Both the position numbers and the translations under genes were made by a program. 64,000 bases of DNA from an uncultured Gemmataceae bacterium (GTDB taxonomy: Bacteria > Planctomycetota > Planctomycetia > Gemmatales > Gemmataceae): positions 640,001-704,000 of the forward strand of contig CAVVPN010000004.1 in assembly GCA_963750165.1 (NCBI GenBank). The letters run 5' to 3'. The stretch's first letter is position 1. The number at the start of each line of letters is the position of its first letter. This document shows positions 20,001 to 32,000 of this stretch, piece after piece. The notes beneath the pieces are model-generated. The model had not been told where the DNA came from. It saw only the letters and a list, made by a program, of their open reading frames with translations, and did not search any database.

Positions 20001-23000
20001 GAAGGCGAAGGTCATGGGGCCGCCGTCGAAGCGGTTGATCGTGAGGACCAGGCCCAGGACGCTCACGTTGTAGGTCGTGGTCGGCACGGCGGCGGCCAAC
20101 CCCGCGGCCACGTCGGCGAGGGCGTCGCCGAACTGCACCGCGTAGGAGTAGGTCACGCCACCCAGCGTCAGGCTCCAGGTCTGGCCCAGGATCGGGAAGC
20201 CCGTCAAGCCCACCTGGACCTGTTGCAGCGTCATGGCGCCGTCGTGCGGGTTGATGGGGTTGCCGCCGGTGTCGCTGAGGCTGGCCTGGAAGGTGCCGGC
20301 GCGCGTCACATCAAGGGCGTTGCCGTTCGTCGCGTCCACCACCGCCGAGTATGGGCCGCTCAGGGCGCTGATGAGCCGCACCAGGCCGCGGGCCACCGTG
20401 TTCAGGTTGTCGCCGGCCTGCACCGTGTAGGTCACGACCACGTTGGCCAGGCCCGGGGCGGTCAGCGTCACGGCCCACTGCTGGCCTGCCGCCGGCGTGC
20501 CAGCCAGCTGCAGCGTCTCGGTGATGTTGGCGCCGCCCTGCTCCGTCTGGATCGGAGTCGTGCCGCCCGTTGGCACCTTCAGGATGGCGAAGTGGCCAAA
20601 GAACGCCGCGTTGACGCTGGCGGTGTTGCGGATGACGAAGGTGTCAGCCGGCAGCCCCGTCGTGCTCGTCGTGTAGTCCTGCGACGTGAACGGGCTCTGG
20701 CCCAGTGCCGCCATCAGCCCGGCCATCACCGCGGCCAGCGGGTCCGGCGCCATCATGTCGGCGGCGGTCATCGTGTAGGCGGCGGTCAGCGTCGCGGTCG
20801 AGTCGTTCGCGATGTAGCCGGCGGCATTGGTCAGCGTGATGGTCCAGGTCTCGCCAACGGCCGGCGTACCGGTCAGCGTCACCTGCAAGTTCGGCGTGGC
20901 CACCTGCACCTCGGCCTGGCCCATGCCGTAGTTGGCTCTCGGGTCGAAGGCCAGCTGCGAGTTGTAGGTCGTCGTCAGCTGCGGCGACACGTTCACCGTC
21001 ACCGGGTTGGTCGGCTGGGCCGTCAGCACCACCGTGTAGGTGTCGGTCACCGGGCTGTTGCTCGTGAAGCTGGAGCCGTACTGCGTGATCGGGTTGAAGG
21101 AGATTTCAAACTGGTCGGTCGCGGCCGGCAGCGGATTCCACGCCTGGTTGACGGTGTATTCGTTGGTCGCCGGGTCGTAGCCCGTGATGACCGCCGACTC
21201 GCCCTTGGCGGCGCCGGTCAGGATGGTGATGGTCTTGCCCACCAGGTCGATGGCCGCCGGGTTGGTCGGGTGACCCGGCAGCGACATGTTCAGCTGGTAC
21301 GCCAGCCCGCCGGGCACATACGGCAGATACTGATCGGGCAGGAAGCCGTCGGCGTAGTGCAGGACCGAGGTCACCTCGATCTGGTAGTTGCCGGCATAGG
21401 TGAACAGGTACTCGAAGTAGGCGTCGAGCGTGGTTGCCTTGGTGCTGGAGGCTGCCTCCTGGATCGTGACGCTGCCGGCGGTCAGGCCCGTTGTGTTCAC
21501 CTGCACCGGCACCGGCTCGGCCGTGGACGAGGTGCCGGTCACGACGAAGCCGATGAAGTACGGCCCGTTGCCGCGCACCAGCGCTGTCGTGCCGCTCGGC
21601 AGGATCAGTTGCAGGGCGCTCTGAATCGCGGAGTCGTCGAGGCCGGCCACCGGGATCGCGGCGGTCGTGGCGCCGTTGTAGCTCAGCGTGAACGAACCCG
21701 CGGCGTCGCTGCTGACGCTCAGCTCCTGGAAGTTGGTCGTCAGGTTGCCCAGCGGCACGAGGTCGGTGGCGCCAGGGGCCGACGGGCCGTACAGCGTGAG
21801 CACCGGGGTGATCGTGTAGCTGTGGTTGACGATCACCGGGTACGAGAACGTGATGCCCAGGAAGCTGAAGGTCTGGTACGTGATCGAGGGCGTCGAGCCG
21901 TTGACGGGCGTGGTGTTGTTGGTGTCAAAGACGCCCAGCAAGGAGCCGCCGCCGCGGCTGAAGTTGGACAGGGGCACGACGAACGGAATGTTCGCGGTGG
22001 CCGTCACCTGGAAGGCCGCCCCCGTGGTCGCGAGCGTGGCGTCGAAGATCAGGGGCGGGCCGGTCTGGTTGCCGGGGTAGCTGGGGTTGTTGATGTCACT
22101 GACGAACGCCGCGGCGATGGTGGCCGGCGTGATGTTGTCCCGCTGCGGGTGCGCCGACACCATGTAGGTGTAGGTGTGGCCGTCGATGGTCAGTGTCCAG
22201 ACGGCGTTGGCCACGATCACGCCCGTGCCGCTCGGCAGGGTCACGGTCACGTTGAGGTAGTGGTCGCGGGTGTCCGGCGTGTTGCTGGTGTTGGTGTACG
22301 CCACCCGATCCTGCTCGACCGGGCCGACGCTCACCGCGCTGCCGTCCGTGGCCACGACCAGCAGGTTGCCGTCCGGGCCCACGCTGGCGTTGACCGAGGC
22401 GCCGCTGGCCACGGTGAGGTGGCGGCCGTTGATGGCGGTGACCAGGCCGCTGACCACGTTGGCGAACCCAGCCGCCGTGGCCGTGAATGACACCGGCGTG
22501 CCGTTGACCGTGACCGTCCAGGCGTCGCCCGCCGCGCTCGGCGACTGCGCCGCGACCGACTGCTGCACGGCGGTCGGCGGCGTACCGCTGACCGTGTCCG
22601 TGGCCACGGTCGAGTTCCGGGTGACGCTGAAGCTCAGCGCCGGCGTCGCCGTACTGGGGAACAGCGTCAGGTAGATGGTGCTGTAGGTCACCATGCCGAC
22701 CGTCGTGTCCACCTCGACGGCGGTGCGGTCGGTCTGCGTGCCCACGGCCAGCGCCGCCAGTTCCGTGGCGACCGTCGAGGCGGTGGCGCTGCTGGTGCCG
22801 ACCGTCTGCGGATAGGTGGTGCCGTCGACGGTCAAGTTCCAGGTGTCGCCGCTGTTGGCGGGGCCGGTCAGCGTGATCTTGGCGGTTGTGGTCGTGTTCG
22901 CGGGAGCGGTGTCCGCCGAGATCACCTGGGTTTGCAAGGTGCTGGTGAAGTCGAAGCCGCCCACCTGTGTGACCGCGATCTGGTTACCGCGGGCCACGGC

Positions 23001-26000
23001 GACGTACATCCCCGGCACCGCCAGGAGCTGGCTCGTCAGGCCCGTGACGACCGCGCTGGGGCTCATGCTGCTGGTCACGACCGGGAAGTTGGCGACGTTC
23101 TGGCCGCTGTTGTTGTTGTCCAGCTTCACGTGCCAGGTGTCCTGGGCCGACACCGGGCCGGTCAGCGTCAGCGTCGCGGACGGTTGGGCGCTGCCGACGG
23201 CGCCCGCCGGCTCGATGTTCAGGGTCAACGTGAAGGAGGCCGCGCCGGTGCCGCTCTCCACGGCTACGAGGGTCGGGCCGTTGGCCTGGACCGTCAACGT
23301 CGTCATGGCCGGGAGGCCGGTGACAGCCTGCAGCAGCGGCGCGAGCCCGCTGGCGATGTTCGTATACATGTCGCCCATGACGACGGGGTACGAGGCCGAG
23401 GTCATCGTGGTGGCGCCCTGGGTCAGCGTCACGCTCCACATGTCGCCCGTGTGGATCGGGGTCGTTTGCAGCGTGAGCAGGCTCGCGAATACGTTGGCCG
23501 GGCTGATGTCCACCGTGCTGCTCAGATCGGTCTGGCTCATGCCCGGGTTCACGATGACGGAGATGGTGTACGGTGTCCCGGTCATCAGGCCGGTGACGGT
23601 GATCGAGTGGTTGGTGCCGCTGTTGGTGGCGAAGGCTGTGAAGGTCGCCGAGATGTTCAGGTCGGCGGCCAGAGCGTTGGCGAGTTGATTGGTTCGCGAC
23701 ATCAGCGAGCCGGTGCTGCCCACCATGACGTTGAACGGACCGTACATCATGGTGCCCTGGGTGATCGTCACGCTCCAGGTGTCGCCGCCGTTGACATCGG
23801 ACTGGCTGATCGGGATGACCTGGTTGCTGCTGTTGGCCGACTGGTTGGCCACGGCCGCGGGGGTGAGCGACAGCTGGACGGTGAACGTCTGCGTCGGGTC
23901 GAGCGCCAGCACGAGGACGCCGGGCGTGCCGGGGCCGTTGGAGGCCACGTAGCCGGACAGCGCCGCCACACCGTTGAAGGCGGTCGTCAGAGCCGCGGCC
24001 AGGCCGGCGGCGGTGCTGCCGCTGGCCTGGGCCTGGCCGACAAACGCGCCGGTGTGGTCGAAGACCGACAGATACCAGGTGTCGCTCGCGCTCGCCGGCG
24101 CCGGCACCGTGACCAGGATGGCCCCGTGCCCGGTGGCGGACGTGAGGGTGCCGACCGGCGTGATCGCCACCGCCAGCGTGAAGGCTGTGCCGCTGGGCCG
24201 GACGACGACGAGGTTGGCCCCGTTCGCGCTGGCCGCGTAGCCGGTGAGCGTCGTGTTGATCTGGTAGGCCAGGCCCCCGGCGATGTCGGCCAGGGTCGAG
24301 AGCGTTACGCCGTTGACCACGCTGCCGGCCATGACGGACGCCGTGACGTCCGTCGCGAGCGTCGCCGTCCACGTGTCGCCCGCGTTAACCGGCCCGGTCA
24401 GCTGGACGCTCTGGGTGGTGGGGGTCGTCGTGACGTGCGTGGTATCGACCGCGCCCGCGGGCGTAACGGTCAGGGTCGCGGTGAAGGCGGTCGCACTGCT
24501 GACGGTCAGCACGGCGCCGCTGGTCGAGCGCGTGTAGCTGGTCGGGATGGCGTTCTTCAGGCCCGTGGCGATGTCCGCCGAGGTGGTGTCGCTCGCCTGC
24601 ACCGTGTACGAGTACGGCACCCCGCCCAGGGTCACGGTCCAGGTCTCGCCGGTGCGCGGCGGGCTGGTGATGGCGAAGTTCACCATCGTCCACTTGATGT
24701 TGGCGAACTCGGTCGGGGCCGGCGTACCGGCGATGCCGACCAGTTCCCGCGGACTGTTGCCCAGGATCGCCGTGCCCACCGTGAACCAGAAGTTCGACCC
24801 CGCCGTCAGCGTGAGAGTCGTCCCGCTGGCGCCAGCCGTCACGTTGGCGCTGCCATCCGCGTTCAGCGCCGCGGCCAGCGCCGTGGCGATGCTGTTGAGC
24901 GTGCTGCTGCCGGTCGTGGTCGGGGCCATGTAGCCCCTGCCGTTGACCTCAAGGAACCAGTCCTCCCCGGCCGCCACGGTGCCGCTCAGGGTCAGCGTCG
25001 CGGTGCTGAAGAAGATGGCCGCCTTGCCGCCGGTGATGGCGCTCTGCAGGTGGGTGGCGATGGTGCCCAGGGTGTCCGAGCCGGTGGCGATGTAGCTGTA
25101 GGTCACGCCGTCCAGGACGATGCTCCACAGCTGGCCGGCGCTGACCGTGCCGGAGAGCGTCAGGGTCGCCGAGGTGAAGGCGGTGGCGGACGGCGTCGCC
25201 ATGATGGCGATGCCGGTCGTGCCGGTCGCCTCCGCCACGCTCGACGTGCCGGTCGGGTTGGTCGGCGCGGCGGTCAGTGTCAGCGTCGCCGCCACCGTGT
25301 CCACCATCACCGTGCCGCCGAAGGCCGCCGTTTGCAGGGCGTTGGTCTGGCGGCTCACCGTGCCAGCGTCAAGGATGTCCTGGGTGACGCCGAGCGTCGT
25401 GCTGGTCGCGCCGACGAGGTTGAAGCCGCTGTCGGGCTGCTGAATCTCCAGCGTGTCCATCATGCCGTCGCTGCCGTTGACGATGGTCAGCGTGAAGCGG
25501 CCCGGCGTCATCGTCTGGATCGCGTGCTCCAGCCCCACGGCGACGGCGTGGAGGTCGTCCCCCATCAGGGCGGTGTAGGTGTAGGTGTGGTCGCTCAGGC
25601 CGAGTGTGAACACGTCGTTGGCGTGAACCGTCCCGTTCAGCTGCAAGTACGCCACGGTGTAATACGTGCCGGGGGCGTCCGGGGTCGAGAGTGCGCCGGG
25701 GCTCGGGTTCACCATGTCGGGCGTGATCGTGAACTGGTAGTAGGCCGGGGCGTTGCTGCCGGCGCCCTGGATCTTCACGTAGGGCGTCTGCGAATCGATG
25801 GTGCCGCCGAGGTTGGCGTTGCCGAGGGTCGGATCGTAGAAGGTGAAGAAGTTCGTGCCCGACGGCGGCGCGCCCATCGTGTTGCTCGTCGGCGGATCGA
25901 CGATCTGCGCGGTGGCCGGCGTCGTGTTGTTCGCGCTCTGCGACACGGCCTGCGGCGCGAACAGGAAGCCGTCCACCGGGTGCTGCGCGATGGACACCTG

Positions 26001-29000
26001 CAGGACGTAGTTGACACCGGCCGGCACGCCCGCGGAGTTGAACGGGAACCAGGCGGTGACGACGAGGTAATACGTCGCGGGCACCGTGCCCTTGAAGGTG
26101 TAGGTCAGGCGGTCGTCGAGCCACCACGAATTGCTCGGGCCCTTGTAGGCGGGGTCGGAGTAGCCCGGGCCCTCGGCGATCAGGTTGCCGGCCTGATCGA
26201 GCAGTTCGAGCCGGCTGGCCCAGAAGACCGAACTGGCCGCGCCGCCTTCCATGTCGAAGATGGCCTGAATGCCGTTGGGGCCGGCATTGTTAATCATGTC
26301 CTGCGTGATCGTGAACGAGTAATAGTCATTGGCGTTGTGGCCGGAGCCGAGCACGGTCAGGTGCGGCAGCGTCGTGGACTGCTCGATGGTCGGGTCGGCG
26401 TTCTGGTTCCACTTGCCGGCGTCGAGGTTCTGGGCGGTGTAGATCGAGTCGTGACTCTGCACCGCCTGCAGCACTGAGGTGCCGAAGTTGCCGGTGAAGT
26501 GCGTGTTCACGTCCAGGGTGGCCGTGCCGCCGAAGGTGTGGGCGGCGTTAATCACGGCGACCAGGGCCTGGGCCAGGCTCGTCGGCGTGTAGTTGCCGCC
26601 GGGGACCGTGTACGTCTGGCCGTCCAGCGTGATGCTGTACGGCTGCCCGTTGTTGACCGTATCGACCAGCACCACGGCGGTGGTGAAGGCGTCCGGCGTC
26701 GGGTTGCCCGTGAGGATCAGGCCCGCGCTGCTGGTCGAAACCCGCGAGACGCCGCCCGGGTTGCTCGGGTTGGCCGTCAGGTCCACCGCCGCCGTGATCT
26801 GGCTGACGGTGCCGTTGCCCAGCACGACGTTGCTGGTCGGCTCGATGACGTTGGTCGAACCGTTGCTCTGCTGGATGAGCACGCCCGGCGTCTTGTTGTC
26901 GGTGATGGTCACGTCCACGGAGGCGGGCGTCAGCGTGTCGTGGTTCTGCCCGGCGGTGAAGCCGTACAGGGCCGAGGAACCGCCGATGCCGTAGTTGTTC
27001 AGCGTCAGCACCCATTGCGTGCCCTGCGGGATGCTGACCGGCATGGTGATGGCCGACAGGTCCAGCACCAGCGTCACCCAGTAATTGGCGCTCGGCGTCG
27101 CGCTGGTGAACGACGCGGCGGGGGTCACGACCGTGCCATTGACCTGCGTCTGGCTCACGGTGGCGCTGAAGGGCGCCCCTTCCAGCTGGACCGTGCCGCC
27201 CGCCGCCAGCACTGCGGTGCCGCCGAACGGTCCGCCGGCGATGGCGTTGCGCAGCTGACTGGCCACGGTCGCCAGCGTGTCCCCGGCGACGGCCGTGTAC
27301 TGATACGTGTGTCCGTCCAGCGTCAGCGCCCACACCTGGCCGGCGCTGACGGTGCCGCTGAACAGCACGGTCGCCGTGGCGAAGGCCGACGCCTGCGGCA
27401 CACTGGTGATGGTGATGCCCGGCGTCGTGCTGCTGATGCTCGACGTGCCGTTCGCGTTGCTCGTGCTGCTCGTGAGCAGCACCGACGGATCGACGAAGGG
27501 ACCGCTCAGCGCCGCCGTGCCGCCGAAGCCGCCCGTGGTGATCGCGGCGTGCAGCTTGCCCGCGACGGTTTCCAGCGTGTCGCCGGCGGCGGCCGTGTAG
27601 CTGTACGTCTGGCCGTCCAGGGTGATGGCCCACACCTGGCCGGCGCTGACACTGCCCGTGAACAGCAGAGCCGCCGTGCTGAAGGCCGCCGCGTTGGGCA
27701 GGCCGGTGATGGTGATGCCCGCCGTCAGGCTGCTGACACTGGACAGGCCGCCGACGTTGGCGGGGTTGGCGGTCAGGTGCAGCACTGGTCCGGCGTAGGC
27801 GTCGTTGCTGATCTCGTTCAGCAGCGCCTGGGCGATGGTTTGCAGCGTGTCGCCGGCCACCGAGGTGTAGCTGTACGGCACGCCGTCCAGCAGCAGGCCC
27901 CACGTCTGGCCGCTGATGGTGCCGTTGGCGTTGATGGGGGAGAAGGTCACCAGGGCGTTGCTGAAGCCGCCCGCGGACGGGCTGGCGGTGATGGCGATGC
28001 CGCTCGTGGTCGCCTGAATGCTGGACACGCCGCCCGGGTTGGCCGCGTTGGCCGTCAGGCTGATCGTCACCTGCAGCAGCTTGACCGTCAGCGTCGCGCC
28101 GCTGGCCGTTGCCTGGTACGGCAGGCCGGCGGTCGTGACGGCAGCGGCCAGGCCGGCGGCCACCTGGGTCGGGCCGTCGCCCATGACCGCGACATAACTG
28201 ACTTCGCTGCCGTTGAGGTTCAGCACGAAGCGGTCGCCAGTGGTGACCGCGTTGGTCAGCGTCACGGAGGCGCTGCCGTCGAACGCCTTGACGGAACTGC
28301 CGTCGATGCTCGCCGAGAAGCCGGCCGGCGTCTGGAAGTCCGCGAGGGTGAAGCGGAACACCGTCGGGTTGCTGATCGTCACCTGGCTGCCGGTCGCGGT
28401 TGCTGTGTAGTTGTTGTTCAGGTCGCGGTTGATCGACGTGGCCAGGCCCGTCGCCACATCGGAAAGGTTCAGGGCCAGGTACGCGGTCAGGTTGCTGGCG
28501 GTTGGGTCGATCACCGTCTGGATGCGCGAGTAGTGCGTGCCCTGCACCTCGGTGCTGGTGACCGCCATCACCGTGATGATGACCGGCACGTCCCAGTTCG
28601 CCGGCGAGAAGGTCACCGTCTGGTTGGCGGCGTTGTAGTTCGCGGCGGCCGACGACACCGTGACCTGGCCGTCCGTGACGACATCGACAACGACGTTGGT
28701 GGTCGGCTGCTTGGTGAGCACCAGGGCGTAGGTGGCGGAGGCCGGGTTGCCGCCGGGGCCCTCGGCGACCACGGTGCTGGTGGTCGGCGTGTTGCCGTTC
28801 ATCGGCACCACCTCGACGCTGGCGGCGTGGTTGTCGTACACCTGCACCGCCACCGACGGCACCACAATGCCGTTGTACGGGTCGCCGTCGGAGGCGTTGG
28901 CGCCCTCGGTCACCGTCATGAGGATGTTCAGGGAGCGGTCGCCGGTGGCGATGCCGTCATCCGGCGCCGTGACAGTGACGGTCTGCGGGATGAACCAGTT

Positions 29001-32000
29001 GGTGCGGTCGAAGATCAGGGTCACGCCGGTGGCGCTGCCGTCGAGCAGGATGTTGCTGACGCCCGCGCGCTGGTCCTGGGCCGAGAGCGGTGCCGGCGTC
29101 GCCGTGATCCGCACCGGATCGACCGGCGCCTGCGTCAGCACCACCGTGTAGCTGTTGACCACCAGGTTCTGACGCGGGTCGGTCGGCGACCAGCTGGCGC
29201 CGCCCTTGAAGATTTGCAGCGGCCCATTCGGCAGTGACACGACCACGCCCGCCGTGTCCTTGTCGGCCACGTAGGCGACGACGCTCTGGTCGTAGCTGCT
29301 GCCGAACGCCGAATCGGTGCCGGAGGCTGTGATGGTGTGGTCGATCAGGGCGCTGTAGCCGTTCAGGCTCTGGCTGACGACCGTGATGGGTTGGCCGTCG
29401 CCGGTGCCGCCGACGTTGAAGATGTCGCTGCCGAGACCGCCGACCAGCTCCACGTCCACGCCCTGCGGCGTGCTGGCGATGTCGAAGATGTCGTTGCCGG
29501 CCTGGGCGTCCACGACCAGCTTCTGGATGCCAGTGTAGGTCACGTACAGGCCGGCGCCGAAGATGCCCTGGTCGGTGACGACGTAGGTGTCGCCGAAGTC
29601 GGTGCCGACCACGACCACGGTGTTGAAGCCGGTGCCGCCGATGATGTGCACTGGGGCGGTCACGTCGTAGGTGATGAAGTTGGCGCCCTTGCCGCCGTTG
29701 ATGTTCGTGAACGGCGCCTTCGGGTCGTTCGGGTTTACCTTGACGAACGCGTGGATGCGGAAGGTGTTGGTGCCGTCGCCACCGAACAGGAACAGCTCGG
29801 CCAGGTGGTTGTAGACCGTGAAGTCGCTGTCGCCCTGGCCGCCCTGGATGGTCGTCACGAAGCTGGCGCCGTTGGTCAGGAAGCCCGCGGTGGTCTGCGT
29901 CGTCTGGTAGTAGTCCAGCGGGTCCAGGCCGTTGTTGGGGTTGCTGCCGTCGCGCGGCGACTTGAACACTTCGCCGATCTGGTAAGTGTCATTCCCGGTG
30001 CCGCCGAAGATATTCGTCTTGACGAGGTTGTCATCCATCACGACCGTGCTGTTGCCGCCGCCCAGGTACACCGCCAGGCCGCCGGTCAGCGACGGGTCGT
30101 AGTTGACGCGCTCGAAGAATGAGCCCGGCCCGTCCAGCGGGTTGTTGGCGGCGTCCACCGCGTACATGGCGACCACGCCCGTCTTGGCCACCTGGTTGGC
30201 CCGCAGCAGGAAGAAGTCGTTCTGCAGCCGCGTGCCGTAGATCTGCAGCTGGTCGATGCCCAGTTCGTTCTGCGGGTTCTGGTCCTCGACGTTGATGACC
30301 GAGTTGACCGGGCTGCCGGAGGCGCCGAGCACTGCCAGGCCGATCTGGTACAGCTCGTTGCCGGTGCCGCCCAGCAGCGTCAGCGGCGCCGTGATGCCGT
30401 TGACGTAGGTTTGCTTGCCGTTCTGGTCGTAGTTGACGCGGAACACGTCATTGCCGCTGCCGCCCTCGATGGTCGTCGGCTCGCTCACCGTGTTGATGTT
30501 AAAGGTGTTGCTGACCTCATCCGGCCCGGCGACGGTCGCCTTGCTGGCCTGGATGTCGAGGAGCGGCGTGCCGCTCGTGGAGGTGCCCTGCGGCGTCGAG
30601 GCGATGTACAGGTTGTTGTGGCCGCTGCCGAGCAGCAACTGCAGCGTGTGGAAGTTCAGGTAGTGGACGCCCAGCGTCATGCCGAAGCCGGTCAGGTCCG
30701 TGGCCGTCAACTCGCCGGCGGCGCCCAGGGCGTTGCCGCTGTCGTACAGTTGCAGGGCGTCGTTGCCGCTGCCCTGGAGTGTCAACAGGCCGTTCTGCAG
30801 GCCGCTCAGAACGCTGTTCTGCTGCACCGGATCGGTGAAGCTGGTGCCGCTGCCGACGCGCACCGTGCTGCCGGCGCTGCCGCCGCCGGTGTTGATGTTG
30901 GTGTTGCCGGCGATGGTCTCGATGTTAATGGTGTTCTGACCACCGCCGCCGTTCACGTTGGTCGTCATCGCCACGGACGGGCTGCCGGCCGTGCTGTGGA
31001 TCGAGTAAACGTTGCCGCCCTGGCCGAGATTCACGTTCAGCTGCTTCAGGTTGTAATACGCGATACTGCCGCTCGGGCCGAACAGCTGGCCGCGGCCGCC
31101 AACCAGCGTGGCATTGCCCGCCGTGGTGACGGTGTTGGTGATGGTGGTGGCGGTCATCTCGGCAGCGCGGCCGATGGTGTCGCCGGTGTCGTCCACGGAC
31201 ACCATGTCAGCGTGGTTGCTGCCGCCGTTGATCGTTAGCGGGGCCAGCACGCCGAACTGATCGCCGTTCAGCAGACGGTACTGCGAACCGGTCAACGTCA
31301 GCGGGTAGGTGGTCCCCTGGACGTTGATGAAGTTCAGCTGGCCGGGCGTCTGCATGCCGTTGGCGGCCACCTGCCACAGGCCCGCCTTGCTGCCGACCGC
31401 GATGGTGTCGGTGCCGTTGGCGTTGATCGTCGTCGGGCCGGGGACCGTTTGCAGGGCGATGTTGTCCGTGCCCTTCGCCGCGGTCGTGATGACCGTGCTG
31501 CCGGTGAAGTTGTAGGTCGAGGCCACCGTGAAGGTGTTGGTGCCAATGCCAGTCGCGACACTGACGACGCTGCTGGCCGGGTTGAGGTTGGCGAAGTAGA
31601 CGGTGCCGGAGGTCGCGGCCGTCACCATCACACCGCCGCCGGTCAGGCCGGAGCCGTTCGCCGTCAGCAGGGCCACCGCCGTCACCAGCGTACCCTGGAA
31701 CGTGACCGTCCACGGGCCGCCGTTGGGGCCGGTCACCGCCACGTTGCCGATGCCGATGGTCGGCAGCCCCGCCAGGGTCGATTGCACCGTCGCGGCGGTG
31801 GCGTTGAAGGCGATCGGGGCGCTGGTCTGGCCGCCAAGGCTCAGGGTGAAGCTGCCGGCCGTCGGGCTGCCGGTCAGGGTGACTTTCTGCACGGTGTTGA
31901 TGGCCTGCGGCACCGCCGGGTTGTTCGGCTGCTCGGAGATGGTCACGCTCTGATACAGTTTGACCACCTGCACCGGGTCTGCGGCGGTGAAGTACGCCGG

